A stretch of DNA of 64,000 bases from a phage, in assembly GCA_024571205.1 (NCBI GenBank), contig GCA_024571205.1_4523.1. One strand, given 5' to 3'. This document shows, in pieces, positions 46,078 through 57,035 of this stretch. Numbering within the stretch: the first letter of the stretch is position 1; each line of letters starts with the position of its first letter. Both the position numbers and the translations under genes were made by a program. The notes below the pieces were generated by a model. That model searched no databases, had not been told where the DNA came from, and was given only the letters and a program-made list of their open reading frames with translations.

Positions 46078-46995
46078 ATGGATTTAGAAATGATGTTAGA
46101 TGAAGATTACAAAGAAGGTATTGCACTTGCCGACTTTAGTAACATTGCATTGGCTGCTGCATTAAACAACTTTGAAGATGGTGATAAAATTACTATTCCA
46201 ATGGTTCGCCATGTAATCTTGAATTCAATTCGTAAAAACGTAGTGATGTTTCGTAAACAAGGTTATACGAAATTTGTATTGTGTATGGATAATGCTACTT
46301 CTGGCTATTGGCGTCGTGACTTTGCTTACTACTACAAGAAAAATCGTAAAACCGATCGTGAAGCTTCGAAGTGGGATTGGGAAGGATATTTCACTGCACT
46401 TCGTCAAGTTGTTGATGAGCTCAAGAAATATATGCCTTATGTTGTAATGGACATTGATAAGTATGAAGCGGATGACCACATTGGTGTTCTCTCTAAACAT
46501 TTATCTCTGGCTGGATATAAGGTATGTATCGTTGCATCAGATGGTGACTTTACCCAATTACACAAATATCCAAATGTTAAACAGTGGTCACCGCCCCAGA
46601 AAAAGTGGGTCAAAACTAAGAATGGTTCTGCTGAAATTGATTGCATGACTAAAATTCTTAAAGGTGACCGTAAGGATGGTGTTGCATCTGTTCGAGTTCG
46701 TGGTGACTTCTGGTTTACTCGAGTTGAAGGTGAACGAACTCCAAGCATGAAAACTTCAATTATTGAAGCAATTGCTAATGACCGTTCTCAAGCTGAAGTA
46801 TTATTAAGCCCTGAAGAATATAAACGTTATCAAGAAAACCTGGTTCTCATTGATTTCGATTATATCCCTGATAATATTGCTTCAAATATTATAGAGTATT
46901 ATAACTCATACAAACCACAACCTAAAGGCAAGATTTATTCATATTTTGTGAAATCTGGTCTTTCCAAATTAACAAGTGTAATTAACGAATTCTGA
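46078..46995 (+). CDS. rnh: RNase H (5'-3' exonuclease, FEN-1 family)
   Basis: 305 aa; flap endonuclease acidic motifs; position next to gene 34. Confidence 0.9.
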   Translation: MDLEMMLDEDYKEGIALADFSNIALAAALNNFEDGDKITIPMVRHVILNSIRKNVVMFRKQGYTKFVLCMDNATSGYWRRDFAYYYKKNRKTDREASKWDWEGYFTALRQVVDELKKYMPYVVMDIDKYEADDHIGVLSKHLSLAGYKVCIVASDGDFTQLHKYPNVKQWSPPQKKWVKTKNGSAEIDCMTKILKGDRKDGVASVRVRGDFWFTRVEGERTPSMKTSIIEAIANDRSQAEVLLSPEEYKRYQENLVLIDFDYIPDNIASNIIEYYNSYKPQPKGKIYSYFVKSGLSKLTSVINEF

Positions 46996-47002
46996 GGTAA
47001 AC

Positions 47003-47272
47003 ATGGCTAAGAAAGAAGCAGTCGAATTTAATCAAGATGTACACGGTGACGAACTGGCTAAACTAGTCAAGGAAGCTTCCGATAACAAACTTAAAATCTC
47101 TGGCTACAACGAACTGATTAAAGACATTCGTACTCGTGCTAAAGAAGAGCTTGGCGTCGATGGAAAAATGTTTAATCGTCTGTTGGCTCTTTATCATAAA
47201 GATGCTCGTGACCAATTTGAAGCTGAAAACGAAGAGGTGGTAGAGCTTTATGACACTGTTTTCACTAAGTGA
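47003..47272 (+). CDS. dsbA: DsbA double-stranded DNA binding protein
   Basis: 89 aa; MAKKEAVEF..KISGYNELIKDIRTRAKEELGVDGKMFNRLLALYHKD matches recalled T4 DsbA. Confidence 0.8.
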   Translation: MAKKEAVEFNQDVHGDELAKLVKEASDNKLKISGYNELIKDIRTRAKEELGVDGKMFNRLLALYHKDARDQFEAENEEVVELYDTVFTK

Positions 47273-47588
47273 TATTAAACCGGCCGATGAGGCCGATCTC
47301 TCTGAAAAAGAGTTAGCTATTAAACATGATAAAGACGATATTGCTAAATTGCTTGATCGCCAAGAAAATGGGTTCATTATCGAATCTATGGTCGAACAAT
47401 TCGGTATGTCTTATTTAGAAGCAACAACTGCTTTCTTGGAAGAGAACTCCATCCCCGAAACTCAGTTCGCTAAATTTATTCCTACAGGAATTGTTGAAAA
47501 AATTACAAGCGAAGCAATTGACGAAAACATGCTTCGCCCATCAGTTGCTCGTGGCGAAAAAACTAATACGTTAGATTTCTTATTATGA
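47250..47588 (+). CDS. 33: gp33 late transcription co-activator
   Basis: 112 aa; C-terminal IPETQFAKFIPTGIVEKITSEAIDENMLRPSVARGEK. Confidence 0.8.
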   Translation: MTLFSLSDIKPADEADLSEKELAIKHDKDDIAKLLDRQENGFIIESMVEQFGMSYLEATTAFLEENSIPETQFAKFIPTGIVEKITSEAIDENMLRPSVARGEKTNTLDFLL

Positions 47589-48238
47589 TTAAAATACGCA
47601 TGCCTCCTGACGGAGAACGTTATATTAACGGAAAATCGGTATACAAACTATACTTGATGTGCAAACAACATTTTAATGGTCGGTATGACGTAATCAAATA
47701 TAACTGGTGCATGCGTGTTTCGGATAATGCGTATCAAAAACGCCGAGATAAATATTTCTTTGAGAAACTAGCAGAGAAATATAAGTTAAAGGAACTCACC
47801 TTGATATTCATCAGTAACTTAGTTGCTAACCAAGACGCGTGGATTGGTGAGATATCAGACGCTGATGCATTAGTTTTCTATAGGGAATATATTGGACGTC
47901 TCAAACAAGCCAAGGAGACGTTTGCTGAAGATGTACGTAACATCTACTATTTCAGTAAGAAAGTGGAAGTTAGTGCGCTTCAAGAGATATTTGATTATAA
48001 TAATAAAGTTCAGTCGAGCTACATATTTAAATTGCTACAAAGCAATATAATTTCATTTGAAACCTTCTTGTTGTTGGATTCATTCTTGAATATTATAGAT
48101 AAGCACGACGAACTCACCGACAATTTAGTCTGGCAAAATTATTCTACCAAATTAAAGGCATATCGAAAAATACTTCAAATCGATGGAAATGCTGCTAAGA
48201 AATTGTTCATAGAAACAATCAAATCATGTAAGTATTAA
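47585..48238 (+). CDS. 59: gp59 helicase loader
   Basis: 217 aa; MIKIRMPPDGERYINGKSVYKLY..; closely matches recalled T4 gp59. Confidence 0.9.
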   Translation: MIKIRMPPDGERYINGKSVYKLYLMCKQHFNGRYDVIKYNWCMRVSDNAYQKRRDKYFFEKLAEKYKLKELTLIFISNLVANQDAWIGEISDADALVFYREYIGRLKQAKETFAEDVRNIYYFSKKVEVSALQEIFDYNNKVQSSYIFKLLQSNIISFETFLLLDSFLNIIDKHDELTDNLVWQNYSTKLKAYRKILQIDGNAAKKLFIETIKSCKY

Positions 48239-48267
48239 GCTTTATTTCTTGTGTGTTAAAATTACTT

Positions 48268-48275
48268 TATAAATA
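48268..48275 (+). promoter_or_regulatory. late promoter TATAAATA upstream of gene 32
   Basis: Exact TATAAATA in the gene 32 leader. Confidence 0.5.
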
Positions 48276-48282
48276 AATCATA

Positions 48283-48354
48283 CCAGCTACGAGGTATAAG
48301 TGTCGTAGCAACCAACTGTAAATAAATTAAATAATCTAAATAAAGGTAAATATA
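48283..48354 (+). promoter_or_regulatory. gene 32 translational operator candidate (stem-loop plus AU-rich unstructured tract)
   Basis: GCTACGA-ggtataagtg-TCGTAGC at 48286-48309, then AU-rich aaataaattaaataatctaaataaa before the ATG. Confidence 0.45.
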
Positions 48355-49257
48355 ATGTTTAAACGTAAATCTACTGCTGACCTCGCTGCTCAAATGGCTA
48401 AACTGAACGGTAACAAAGGTTTCTCTTCAGAAGATAAAGGCGAATGGAAGCTGAAGCTAGATGCATCAGGTAATGGTCAAGCGGTAATTCGTTTCTTGCC
48501 AGCAAAAACTGATGATGCACTACCATTTGCAATTCTTGTTAACCACGGTTTCAAGAAAAATGGTAAATGGTATATTGAAAATTGCTCTTCTACACATGGT
48601 GATTACGACTCTTGTCCTGTATGTCAGTACATTAGTAAAAATGACCTGTACAATACCAACAAAACTGAATATTCTCAACTGAAACGTAAAACTTCTTATT
48701 GGGCTAATATTCTGGTTGTTAAAGACCCTCAAGCTCCAGATAACGAAGGTAAAGTATTTAAATATCGTTTCGGTAAAAAGATTTGGGACAAAATCAATGC
48801 AATGATTGCAGTTGATACCGAAATGGGTGAAACTCCAGTTGATGTTACTTGTCCGTTTGAAGGTGCTAACTTCGTTCTGAAAGCTAAGCAGGTTTCTGGT
48901 TTTAGCAACTATGACGAATCTAAATTCTTGGGTCAATCTGAAATTCCTCGTATTAATGACGAAGCATTCCAGAAAGAACTATACGACCAGATGGTAGACC
49001 TTACTACTTTGACGGCTAAAGACCAGTTCAAATCTTTTGAAAAATTAAATGAATCTTTCGCTAAGGTTCTTGGTACTGCCGCTCTTGGTGGTGCAGCAGC
49101 CGCAGCAGCTTCTGTTGCAGATAAAGTTGCTTCTGACCTTGACGATTTTGATAAAGACATGGAAGCCTTTAGTTCTGCAAAAACTGAAGATGACTTCATG
49201 AGCTCTACCTCATCCTCTGATGATGGCGACCTCGATGACCTGTTAGCTGGTCTATAA
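48355..49257 (+). CDS. 32: gp32 single-stranded DNA binding protein
   Basis: 300 aa; zinc-binding [11 protein letters not shown], acidic C-terminus; closely matches T4 gp32. Confidence 0.95.
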   Translation: MFKRKSTADLAAQMAKLNGNKGFSSEDKGEWKLKLDASGNGQAVIRFLPAKTDDALPFAILVNHGFKKNGKWYIENCSSTHGDYDSCPVCQYISKNDLYNTNKTEYSQLKRKTSYWANILVVKDPQAPDNEGKVFKYRFGKKIWDKINAMIAVDTEMGETPVDVTCPFEGANFVLKAKQVSGFSNYDESKFLGQSEIPRINDEAFQKELYDQMVDLTTLTAKDQFKSFEKLNESFAKVLGTAALGGAAAAAASVADKVASDLDDFDKDMEAFSSAKTEDDFMSSTSSSDDGDLDDLLAGL

Positions 49258-49263
49258 TAAATC

Positions 49264-49286
49264 GGGAGACTTCGGTCTCCCTTTTG
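49264..49286 (+). terminator. intrinsic terminator (UUCG tetraloop)
   Basis: GGGAGACttcgGTCTCCC followed by TTTT. Confidence 0.8.
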
Positions 49287-49312
49287 AGTATCTGTAAATT
49301 ACTGAAAAAGTT

Positions 49313-49341
49313 GTTTACTTCTTCCATGGATGTGTTAGTAT
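49313..49341 (+). promoter_or_regulatory. T4-early-type promoter
   Basis: GTTTAC 49313, 17-nt spacer, tagtat; leader atagacctatcaa. Confidence 0.6.
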
Positions 49342-49370
49342 AGACCTATCAACAACATGAGGAAATCAAA

Positions 49371-49763
49371 ATGGAAATCGGAAAATCTTATATCATTAAC
49401 CCTTTATTTAAAGACGACTTTGTTCAAGAAGCACCACATAATAACGCTAAGATGTTAAAATTGATTGAACTCCATGGGCCTAGTTTTGTTGTAAACGGAA
49501 TGGAACCTGATTATGATAGCGATACGCCAAACGTAGTAAGTGTAACTATGGAAGATGGTACTGTATGTTCTGCCGGTGGTGAAATTGGAACTTATTTTGA
49601 GATTTATCCTGACGAGTTCAAATACTTTACTGAGGTAGATTTAGTAAAGCCTCAAACTACTAACGAAGGTATAACTTTAGGTGTAACAAAAATCCATTGT
49701 ATCGTAGATGAAACCAACGTCGACGAAATCATCGAACTTTTGCAAAAAACTTTTAAAAAGTAG
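49371..49763 (+). CDS. hypothetical protein, 130 aa
   Basis: ORF after a promoter; RBS TGAGGAAA. Confidence 0.6.
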   Translation: MEIGKSYIINPLFKDDFVQEAPHNNAKMLKLIELHGPSFVVNGMEPDYDSDTPNVVSVTMEDGTVCSAGGEIGTYFEIYPDEFKYFTEVDLVKPQTTNEGITLGVTKIHCIVDETNVDEIIELLQKTFKK

Positions 49764-49792
49764 TGTACAATCAGATAGGGTTATGTTATAGT
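49764..49792 (+). promoter_or_regulatory. T4-early-type promoter (GTGTAC variant) with inverted repeat
   Basis: gtgtac 49764, 17-nt spacer, tatagt; arms ataggg / ccctat. Confidence 0.5.
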
Positions 49793-49825
49793 AGCCCTAT
49801 CAAATCAAAAGTGAAGGAGAATAAA

Positions 49826-50074
49826 ATGAGATTGCAACGTCAGAGCATCAAAGATTCTGAAGTTAGAGGTAAATGGTACTTCAACATCGTCGGTAAAGAC
49901 GCTGAACTCCTTGAACAAGCTGAAGAAGCTTTACGTGAAATGGGTTGGAACGAAGAATGTGATGGATGTCCACTCTATGAAGATGGTGAAAGTGCAGGAT
50001 TCTGGATTTGCCACTCTGACGTTGAAATGTTCAAAGCTGATTGGAAGGTTGTTAAGAAAAATCTGAGGAAATAA
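49826..50074 (+). CDS. hypothetical protein, 82 aa
   Basis: Start trimmed to ATG 49826 after RBS AAGGAGAA. Confidence 0.55.
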   Translation: MRLQRQSIKDSEVRGKWYFNIVGKDAELLEQAEEALREMGWNEECDGCPLYEDGESAGFWICHSDVEMFKADWKVVKKNLRK

Positions 50075-50076
50075 AA

Positions 50077-50664
50077 ATGCTTAAATTAGTATTCGCATGC
50101 GCACCATCTAAAACAGTTGATGATAAACTGGAATATGCTTTTGGATTAGGTGATGGACTTCCATGGAAGCATATCAAACAAGATATGAGTAACTTTGTTG
50201 CTCGCACTAAAAACACTGTATTGGTTATGGGTGCTAAGACTTTTGCATCATTACCTCGTCTACTACCAGATCGTACTCATGTGGTTGTCACTGATATGGC
50301 CAGAAAACTGCCTAGGACTAAAACTGATGAACTTGCACGGTTCTATATCACCCAAGCAGAATTTATTACCCTGGTGACTGGTAGTGAAATTAACTTGTTC
50401 AGCCCTTCAACAGACGTACCGTTTAAACTTTCTACTGAACATGTTGATGTATCTGTTATCGGCGGTCCTGCCTTATTAAAACAAGCACTGCCTTATGCCG
50501 ATGAAATTGTGATGACTAAAATCATTAAGAAATGTCGTGTTAATTCCGATGTTCAACTTGATAAAGATTTCATCCAAGATATTATGCTTCAACGTTCTAT
50601 GGTAGAATCTCATTACTACAGAATCGATGAACTCACCGAAATTACTGAGAGCGTATATAAATGA
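50077..50664 (+). CDS. frd: dihydrofolate reductase
   Basis: 195 aa; FGLGDGLPW, VIGGPALL motifs; matches recalled T4 Frd. Confidence 0.9.
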   Translation: MLKLVFACAPSKTVDDKLEYAFGLGDGLPWKHIKQDMSNFVARTKNTVLVMGAKTFASLPRLLPDRTHVVVTDMARKLPRTKTDELARFYITQAEFITLVTGSEINLFSPSTDVPFKLSTEHVDVSVIGGPALLKQALPYADEIVMTKIIKKCRVNSDVQLDKDFIQDIMLQRSMVESHYYRIDELTEITESVYK

Positions 50665-51521
50665 AACAATACCAATACCTGATTAATGATATCCTAGAAA
50701 ATGGCTACGAAACAGACAACCGTACAGGCACAGGAACAATTGCCCTGTTCGGAACTAAATTACGTTGGGACCTGACTAAAGGATTCCCTGCAGTAACAAC
50801 TAAGAAATTAGCATGGAAAGCTTGTATTGCCGAGTTACTGTGGTTCATGTCCGGTTCTACTAATGTTAATGAATTACGTCTTCGTACTCATGGTAGTCTA
50901 ATTGAAGGTAAAACTATTTGGGACGATAATTACGAAAATCAGGCAAAAGACCTTGGTTATCATAGTGGTGAACTTGGTCCTATATATGGTAAACAATGGC
51001 GTGATTTCGGTGGTGTGGACCAATTAGTTGAAACAATCGACCGTATTAAAAAATTACCAACTGATCGTCGTCAAATTGTTTCTGCCTGGAACCCTGCCGA
51101 AATTGACCAAATGGCTCTTCCTCCTTGTCATATGTTCTATCAATTTAATGTGCGTAATGGTCATCTTGATTTACAATGGTATCAACGCAGTGTAGATGTT
51201 TTCTTGGGCCTGCCGTTCAACATTGCCTCGTACGCTGCCTTGACGCATATTGTGGCTAAGATGTGTAATCTTATCCCGGGTGATTTAGTATTCTCAGGCG
51301 GCAATACGCATATCTACAGCAACCATGTAGAGCAGTGCAAAGAAGTTCTTCGTCGTGAGCCTAAAGAACTGTGTGAACTTAAAATTGATTGGCCTGAAGG
51401 ATTCTCTGATTGGAGCACGACATTACAGCTTCATTGGGTAACAGAGCATATGAATCCGAGTGATTTCATTCTTAAAAATTACGAATCTCATCCAACTATC
51501 AAAGCTAAAATGGCGGTATAA
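50661..51521 (+). CDS. td: thymidylate synthase (uninterrupted, no intron)
   Basis: 286 aa; PPCHMFYQFNV..., RSVDVFLGLPFNIASYA; continuous ORF. Confidence 0.95.
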   Translation: MKQYQYLINDILENGYETDNRTGTGTIALFGTKLRWDLTKGFPAVTTKKLAWKACIAELLWFMSGSTNVNELRLRTHGSLIEGKTIWDDNYENQAKDLGYHSGELGPIYGKQWRDFGGVDQLVETIDRIKKLPTDRRQIVSAWNPAEIDQMALPPCHMFYQFNVRNGHLDLQWYQRSVDVFLGLPFNIASYAALTHIVAKMCNLIPGDLVFSGGNTHIYSNHVEQCKEVLRREPKELCELKIDWPEGFSDWSTTLQLHWVTEHMNPSDFILKNYESHPTIKAKMAV

Positions 51522-51776
51522 ATGATTTTACGTTTTATTAATTCATATGGCACCACAATTTTTGAAATGAAAAATCCAAGTGAACTGGATATCCCTTCAC
51601 CAAATAGTGAAATCACGGTTAAAGGTGAACGATTCGTTTGTTATTCACATGAACGAATTTATGAATATCGTGAATTTTGTGGTGGTTACGGTATGGAAAA
51701 AGAACCATTGGTTTATTTCGATATCACGGTCTTGACTCCTAAAGAATACAAAGAAATTATTGCTAAGAATAATTAA
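51522..51776 (+). CDS. hypothetical protein, 84 aa
   Basis: ORF between td and nrdA. Confidence 0.5.
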   Translation: MILRFINSYGTTIFEMKNPSELDIPSPNSEITVKGERFVCYSHERIYEYREFCGGYGMEKEPLVYFDITVLTPKEYKEIIAKNN

Positions 51777-51865
51777 CGCTTCAGTTTAAAAGTGTATAAT
51801 AAATTAACGGGATAAATACTATCCCCCGTTTGGAGTAATGTCTATCAACCTATACCGAGGAATAT

Positions 51866-54121
51866 ATGCAAGTAACTAAGAGCAGTGGGGTATCCCAAAA
51901 TTTTGATGCACAGAAAATTATTCAAGTATTAACGTGGCAATGTGAAGGAACACAAATCGACCCATATGAATTGTACGAAGAAATTAAGACCCATCTTGTT
52001 GACGGGATGAGCACCAAAGATATTCAGAAGATTTGTATTAAAGTTGCAGCCAACTCGATTTCTGTCGAAGAACCTGATTATCAATATGTTGCCGCTAAAG
52101 GATTAATGTTTGCACTTCGTAAAGATGTGTACGGACAGTTTGAACCTCCTGCTTTTATCGACCATATCTCGTATTGTGTTAATGAAGGCAAATACGATCC
52201 TGAGTTGTTGTCTAGATATTCTGCAGAAGAAATCATTTATCTTGATTCTCGGATTAAACATGAGCGAGATTTTGATCTGACTTATGCTGGTGCTATGCAG
52301 CTTAAAGAAAAATACCTGGTTAAAGATAAAACAACTGGGAAGATTTATGAAACTCCACAGTTTGCTATCATGGCTATCGGTATGGCCTTACATCAAGACG
52401 AAACTCATGACCGTTTGAAACATATTATTCGTTTTTATGATGCCGTTTCTACTCATCAAGTTTCATTGCCTACTCCAATTATGGCAGGTGCTCGTACTCC
52501 AACTCGCCAGTTCTCTAGTTGTGTAGTTATTGAAGCCGGCGATTCGTTAAAATCTATTAACAAAACTTCAGCATCAATTATTGAATATATTTCTAAACGA
52601 GCTGGTATCGGTATCAACGTTGGTATGCTTCGTGCAGAAGGTTCTAAGATCGGTATGGGTGAAGTTCGACATACAGGTGTTATTCCATTCTGGAAACATT
52701 TCCAAACTGCAGTAAAATCTTGTTCTCAAGGTGGTATTCGTGGTGGTGCTGCTACAGCGTATTATCCAATGTGGCACTTAGAAGTAGAGAACCTATTAGT
52801 TCTGAAAAATAACAAAGGCGTGGATGAAAACCGTATTCGACATATGGACTACGGAATTCAGATTAATGACCTCATGATGGAACGCCTTGGTAAAAATGAT
52901 TATATTACTTTATTTAGCCCTCACGAAATGTCAGGCGAACTATATTACTCATTCTTTGAAGATCAAGATAAATTCCGTGAGCTTTATGAGAAAGCTGAAA
53001 AAGACCCAACAATCAGAAAGAAAAGAATCAAAGCACTAGAACTCTTTGAATTGTTCATGACTGAACGTTCTGGTACTGCTCGAATTTATCCACAGTTTGT
53101 TGATAACACGAATAACTACACTCCATTTATTCGTGAAAAAGCTCCAATTCGTCAGAGTAACTTATGTTGTGAAATCGCTATTCCAACTAATGATGTGAAT
53201 GGCCCTGATGCTGAAATTGGTTTATGCACGTTATCTGCTTTTGTATTAGATAAATTTGATTGGCAAGACCAAGATAAAATTAATGAACTTGCTGAAGTAC
53301 AAGTACGTGCACTTGATAACCTGTTAGACTATCAAGACTATCCGGTTCCAGAAGCTTTAAAAGCCAAAAAGCGTCGAAATCTCGGTGTTGGTGTGACGAA
53401 CTATGCTGCATGGTTAGCTTCTAACTTTGCTTCATATGAAGACGCTAACGATTTGACTCATGAATTGTTTGAGAGATTGCAATATGGCCTTATCAAAGCA
53501 TCAATCAAACTCGCCAAAGAAAAAGGATGTTGCGAGTATTATTCAGACACTAAATGGTCTAGAGGCGAATTACCTATCGACTGGTACAATAAAAAGATTG
53601 ACCAAATCGCAGCCCCGAACTACGTCTGTGACTGGGAAGAACTTCGAGCTGAACTCAAAGAACACGGAATTCGTAACTCAACGTTGTCTGCACTCATGCC
53701 ATGCGAATCAAGCAGCCAGGTCTCAAATAGCACAAACGGTATTGAACCACCTCGTGGCCCAGTAAGTATTAAAGAATCTAAAGAAGGTAATTTCCGTCAA
53801 GTAGTTCCTAATATTGAACACAACATGGGTCTTTATGACTATGCGTGGAAACTTGCTAAGAAAGGTAATAAACCTTATTTGACCCAAGTTGCTATCATGT
53901 TGAAATGGGTGTGCCAATCTGCTTCTGCTAATACTTACTATGATCCTGCAGTATTTGAGAAAGGTAAAGTGCCAATGTCAGTAATGCTTGACGATCTGCT
54001 TTACTTCTGGTACTTTGGCGGAAAAAACCTCTACTATCATAACACTCGTGATGGGTCAGGTACAGATGACTATGAATTAGAAACACCTAAAGCTGAAGAT
54101 TGTTCTGCTTGTAAGCTTTAA
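51866..54121 (+). CDS. nrdA: ribonucleotide reductase large subunit (class Ia)
   Basis: 751 aa; catalytic NLCCEI and C-terminal Tyr/Cys motifs. Confidence 0.95.
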   Translation: MQVTKSSGVSQNFDAQKIIQVLTWQCEGTQIDPYELYEEIKTHLVDGMSTKDIQKICIKVAANSISVEEPDYQYVAAKGLMFALRKDVYGQFEPPAFIDHISYCVNEGKYDPELLSRYSAEEIIYLDSRIKHERDFDLTYAGAMQLKEKYLVKDKTTGKIYETPQFAIMAIGMALHQDETHDRLKHIIRFYDAVSTHQVSLPTPIMAGARTPTRQFSSCVVIEAGDSLKSINKTSASIIEYISKRAGIGINVGMLRAEGSKIGMGEVRHTGVIPFWKHFQTAVKSCSQGGIRGGAATAYYPMWHLEVENLLVLKNNKGVDENRIRHMDYGIQINDLMMERLGKNDYITLFSPHEMSGELYYSFFEDQDKFRELYEKAEKDPTIRKKRIKALELFELFMTERSGTARIYPQFVDNTNNYTPFIREKAPIRQSNLCCEIAIPTNDVNGPDAEIGLCTLSAFVLDKFDWQDQDKINELAEVQVRALDNLLDYQDYPVPEALKAKKRRNLGVGVTNYAAWLASNFASYEDANDLTHELFERLQYGLIKASIKLAKEKGCCEYYSDTKWSRGELPIDWYNKKIDQIAAPNYVCDWEELRAELKEHGIRNSTLSALMPCESSSQVSNSTNGIEPPRGPVSIKESKEGNFRQVVPNIEHNMGLYDYAWKLAKKGNKPYLTQVAIMLKWVCQSASANTYYDPAVFEKGKVPMSVMLDDLLYFWYFGGKNLYYHNTRDGSGTDDYELETPKAEDCSACKL

Positions 54122-54176
54122 GACTTTTGATTATAATTTACTCATGGATGAGTTAATAACTAAGTGAGAAAATATA

Positions 54177-55355
54177 ATGAGTACAGTTTTTAACACGCAA
54201 CAAGTCGATGTTTTGAATGAACCGATGTTCTTTGGTTCTGGTCTTGGCCTCGCACGGTATGATATTCAGCGTCATAAAGTTTTCGAAGAACTTATAGAAA
54301 AATCCTTGTCATTTTTCTGGCGTCCAGAAGAGGTAAACTTGATGTTGGACTCTGCGCAGTTCAATAAGCTTCCTCAGTTCCAACAGGACATCTTTACAAA
54401 CAATCTTAAGTATCAATCATTATTAGATTCTATCCAAGGCAGGGCCCCATCTGCGGTACTTATGGCACTGATTTCTGACCCTTCATTAGATACATGGGTC
54501 GCAACATGGACATTCAGTGAAACTATTCACTCTCGTTCGTATACTCATATTATGCGAAATCTTTATACTGATCCATCGAAGGTATTTGATGAAATTGTAT
54601 TAGATGAAGCTATTATGAAACGCGCTGAATCCATTGGACGTTATTATGATGACGTTTTGATTAAAACCCGTGAATGGGAAAATGCTAAAGAAATTTTTAA
54701 GTGTTTTTCCGAAAATGAATATGATTTAGATGCATATTCAAATAGTCTTATGCACATTGAAGAATGTAAACATGACCTAATGAAGTCTCTTTATCTCTGT
54801 TTGCATGTTATCAACGCCTTAGAAGCTATTCGTTTTTACGTATCATTTGCATGTACTTTCAACTTCCATAAAAATATGGAAATTATGGAAGGCAATGCAA
54901 AGATTATGAAGTTCATTGCTCGTGACGAACAACTCCATCTCAAGGGTACTCAGTACATTATCCGTCAACTTCAATCTGGTACTGACGGTGATGAGTGGGT
55001 TCAAATTGCTAAAGAATGTGAACAAGAAGCAGTTGACATTTTTATGGAAGTAAATAGTCAAGAGAAGGAATGGGCTGCACACCTTTTTAAAGATGGTACA
55101 TGTCCAGGTATCAATACTCAGAGTATGTGTGCTTTTGTTGATTACTTGACTGTGTCTCGTATGAAACAGTGCGGTTTGCCATGCCCAATCACTGACGCTC
55201 CGACCAAGCATCCGTATCCTTGGATTCGTGAATATCTGAACTCTGATTTAGTTCAAGCAGCTCCTCAGGAAGTTGAAATCAGTTCTTATCTTGTTGCACA
55301 AATTGATAATGATGTAGACCAAAATGTAATCAATTCATACAAAAAATATTTCTAA
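54177..55355 (+). CDS. nrdB: ribonucleotide reductase small subunit (uninterrupted, no intron)
   Basis: 392 aa; di-iron ligands and tyrosyl-radical region; continuous ORF. Confidence 0.95.
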   Translation: MSTVFNTQQVDVLNEPMFFGSGLGLARYDIQRHKVFEELIEKSLSFFWRPEEVNLMLDSAQFNKLPQFQQDIFTNNLKYQSLLDSIQGRAPSAVLMALISDPSLDTWVATWTFSETIHSRSYTHIMRNLYTDPSKVFDEIVLDEAIMKRAESIGRYYDDVLIKTREWENAKEIFKCFSENEYDLDAYSNSLMHIEECKHDLMKSLYLCLHVINALEAIRFYVSFACTFNFHKNMEIMEGNAKIMKFIARDEQLHLKGTQYIIRQLQSGTDGDEWVQIAKECEQEAVDIFMEVNSQEKEWAAHLFKDGTCPGINTQSMCAFVDYLTVSRMKQCGLPCPITDAPTKHPYPWIREYLNSDLVQAAPQEVEISSYLVAQIDNDVDQNVINSYKKYF

Positions 55356-55359
55356 GGAC

Positions 55360-55381
55360 GGGACTTCGGTCCCACTTTATT
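55360..55381 (+). terminator. possible terminator hairpin (UUCG tetraloop)
   Basis: GGGACttcgGTCCC followed by actttatt (weak T-run). Confidence 0.45.
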
Positions 55382-55792
55382 ATGAAAGATATTGCCGCCG
55401 AATATTCCTTTATTAAATATATAGAATTGGAGCTATTAGAAGATGCAACAATTAAAACCATTGATGCCCCTAATAAGAAAAATGTCATATACGCTATTGC
55501 TATAGATGACGAACTTGTGTATATTGGTAAAACCAAGAATTTAAAGAAACGCATTAACTATTATCGAACAGCCATAAATCGAAAAGACCAGACTTCAGAT
55601 TCAAGAAAATCACTTATGATTTTGGATGCCTTAATGCAAGGCAAAAAGGTTGAATTCTGGGCCCGCCAATGTTTTGACCTTTCAGTCACTAACGAACTTG
55701 GTTCAATGACCATTGCAACAATGGACCTTGAAGAACCACTTTTTATCAAAAAGTTCAACCCGCCTTGGAATATCCAACATAAGAAAAAGTAG
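55382..55792 (+). CDS. denA: endonuclease II (GIY-YIG family)
   Basis: 136 aa; GIY-YIG-like VIYAIAI..VYIGKTKNLKKRINYYR; T4 gene order nrdB-denA-rnlA. Confidence 0.75.
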   Translation: MKDIAAEYSFIKYIELELLEDATIKTIDAPNKKNVIYAIAIDDELVYIGKTKNLKKRINYYRTAINRKDQTSDSRKSLMILDALMQGKKVEFWARQCFDLSVTNELGSMTIATMDLEEPLFIKKFNPPWNIQHKKK

Positions 55793-55821
55793 TTTACATA
55801 CCACAAGGATTGTGGTACAAT
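55792..55821 (+). promoter_or_regulatory. T4-early-type promoter with inverted repeat
   Basis: GTTTAC 55792, 18-nt spacer, tacaat; arms accaca / tgtggt. Confidence 0.55.
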
Positions 55822-55839
55822 TTAAAAAAAACTAACTGA

Positions 55840-56973
<1,134 letters not shown>

Positions 56974-56975
56974 TG

Positions 56976-57005
56976 GTTTACAAACACCAAGGATGGTGTT
57001 ACTAT
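56976..57005 (+). promoter_or_regulatory. T4-early-type promoter with inverted repeat
   Basis: GTTTAC 56976, 18-nt spacer, tactat; arms acacc / ggtgt. Confidence 0.55.
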
Positions 57006-57035
57006 GGTTTTTATCAACAACACGAGGAGAAAATT

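Noticed and set aside
50661-51521. Looked for a group I intron and intron-encoded endonuclease in td, and likewise in nrdB
   Set aside because: Both reading frames are continuous and of full expected length; no intervening sequence.
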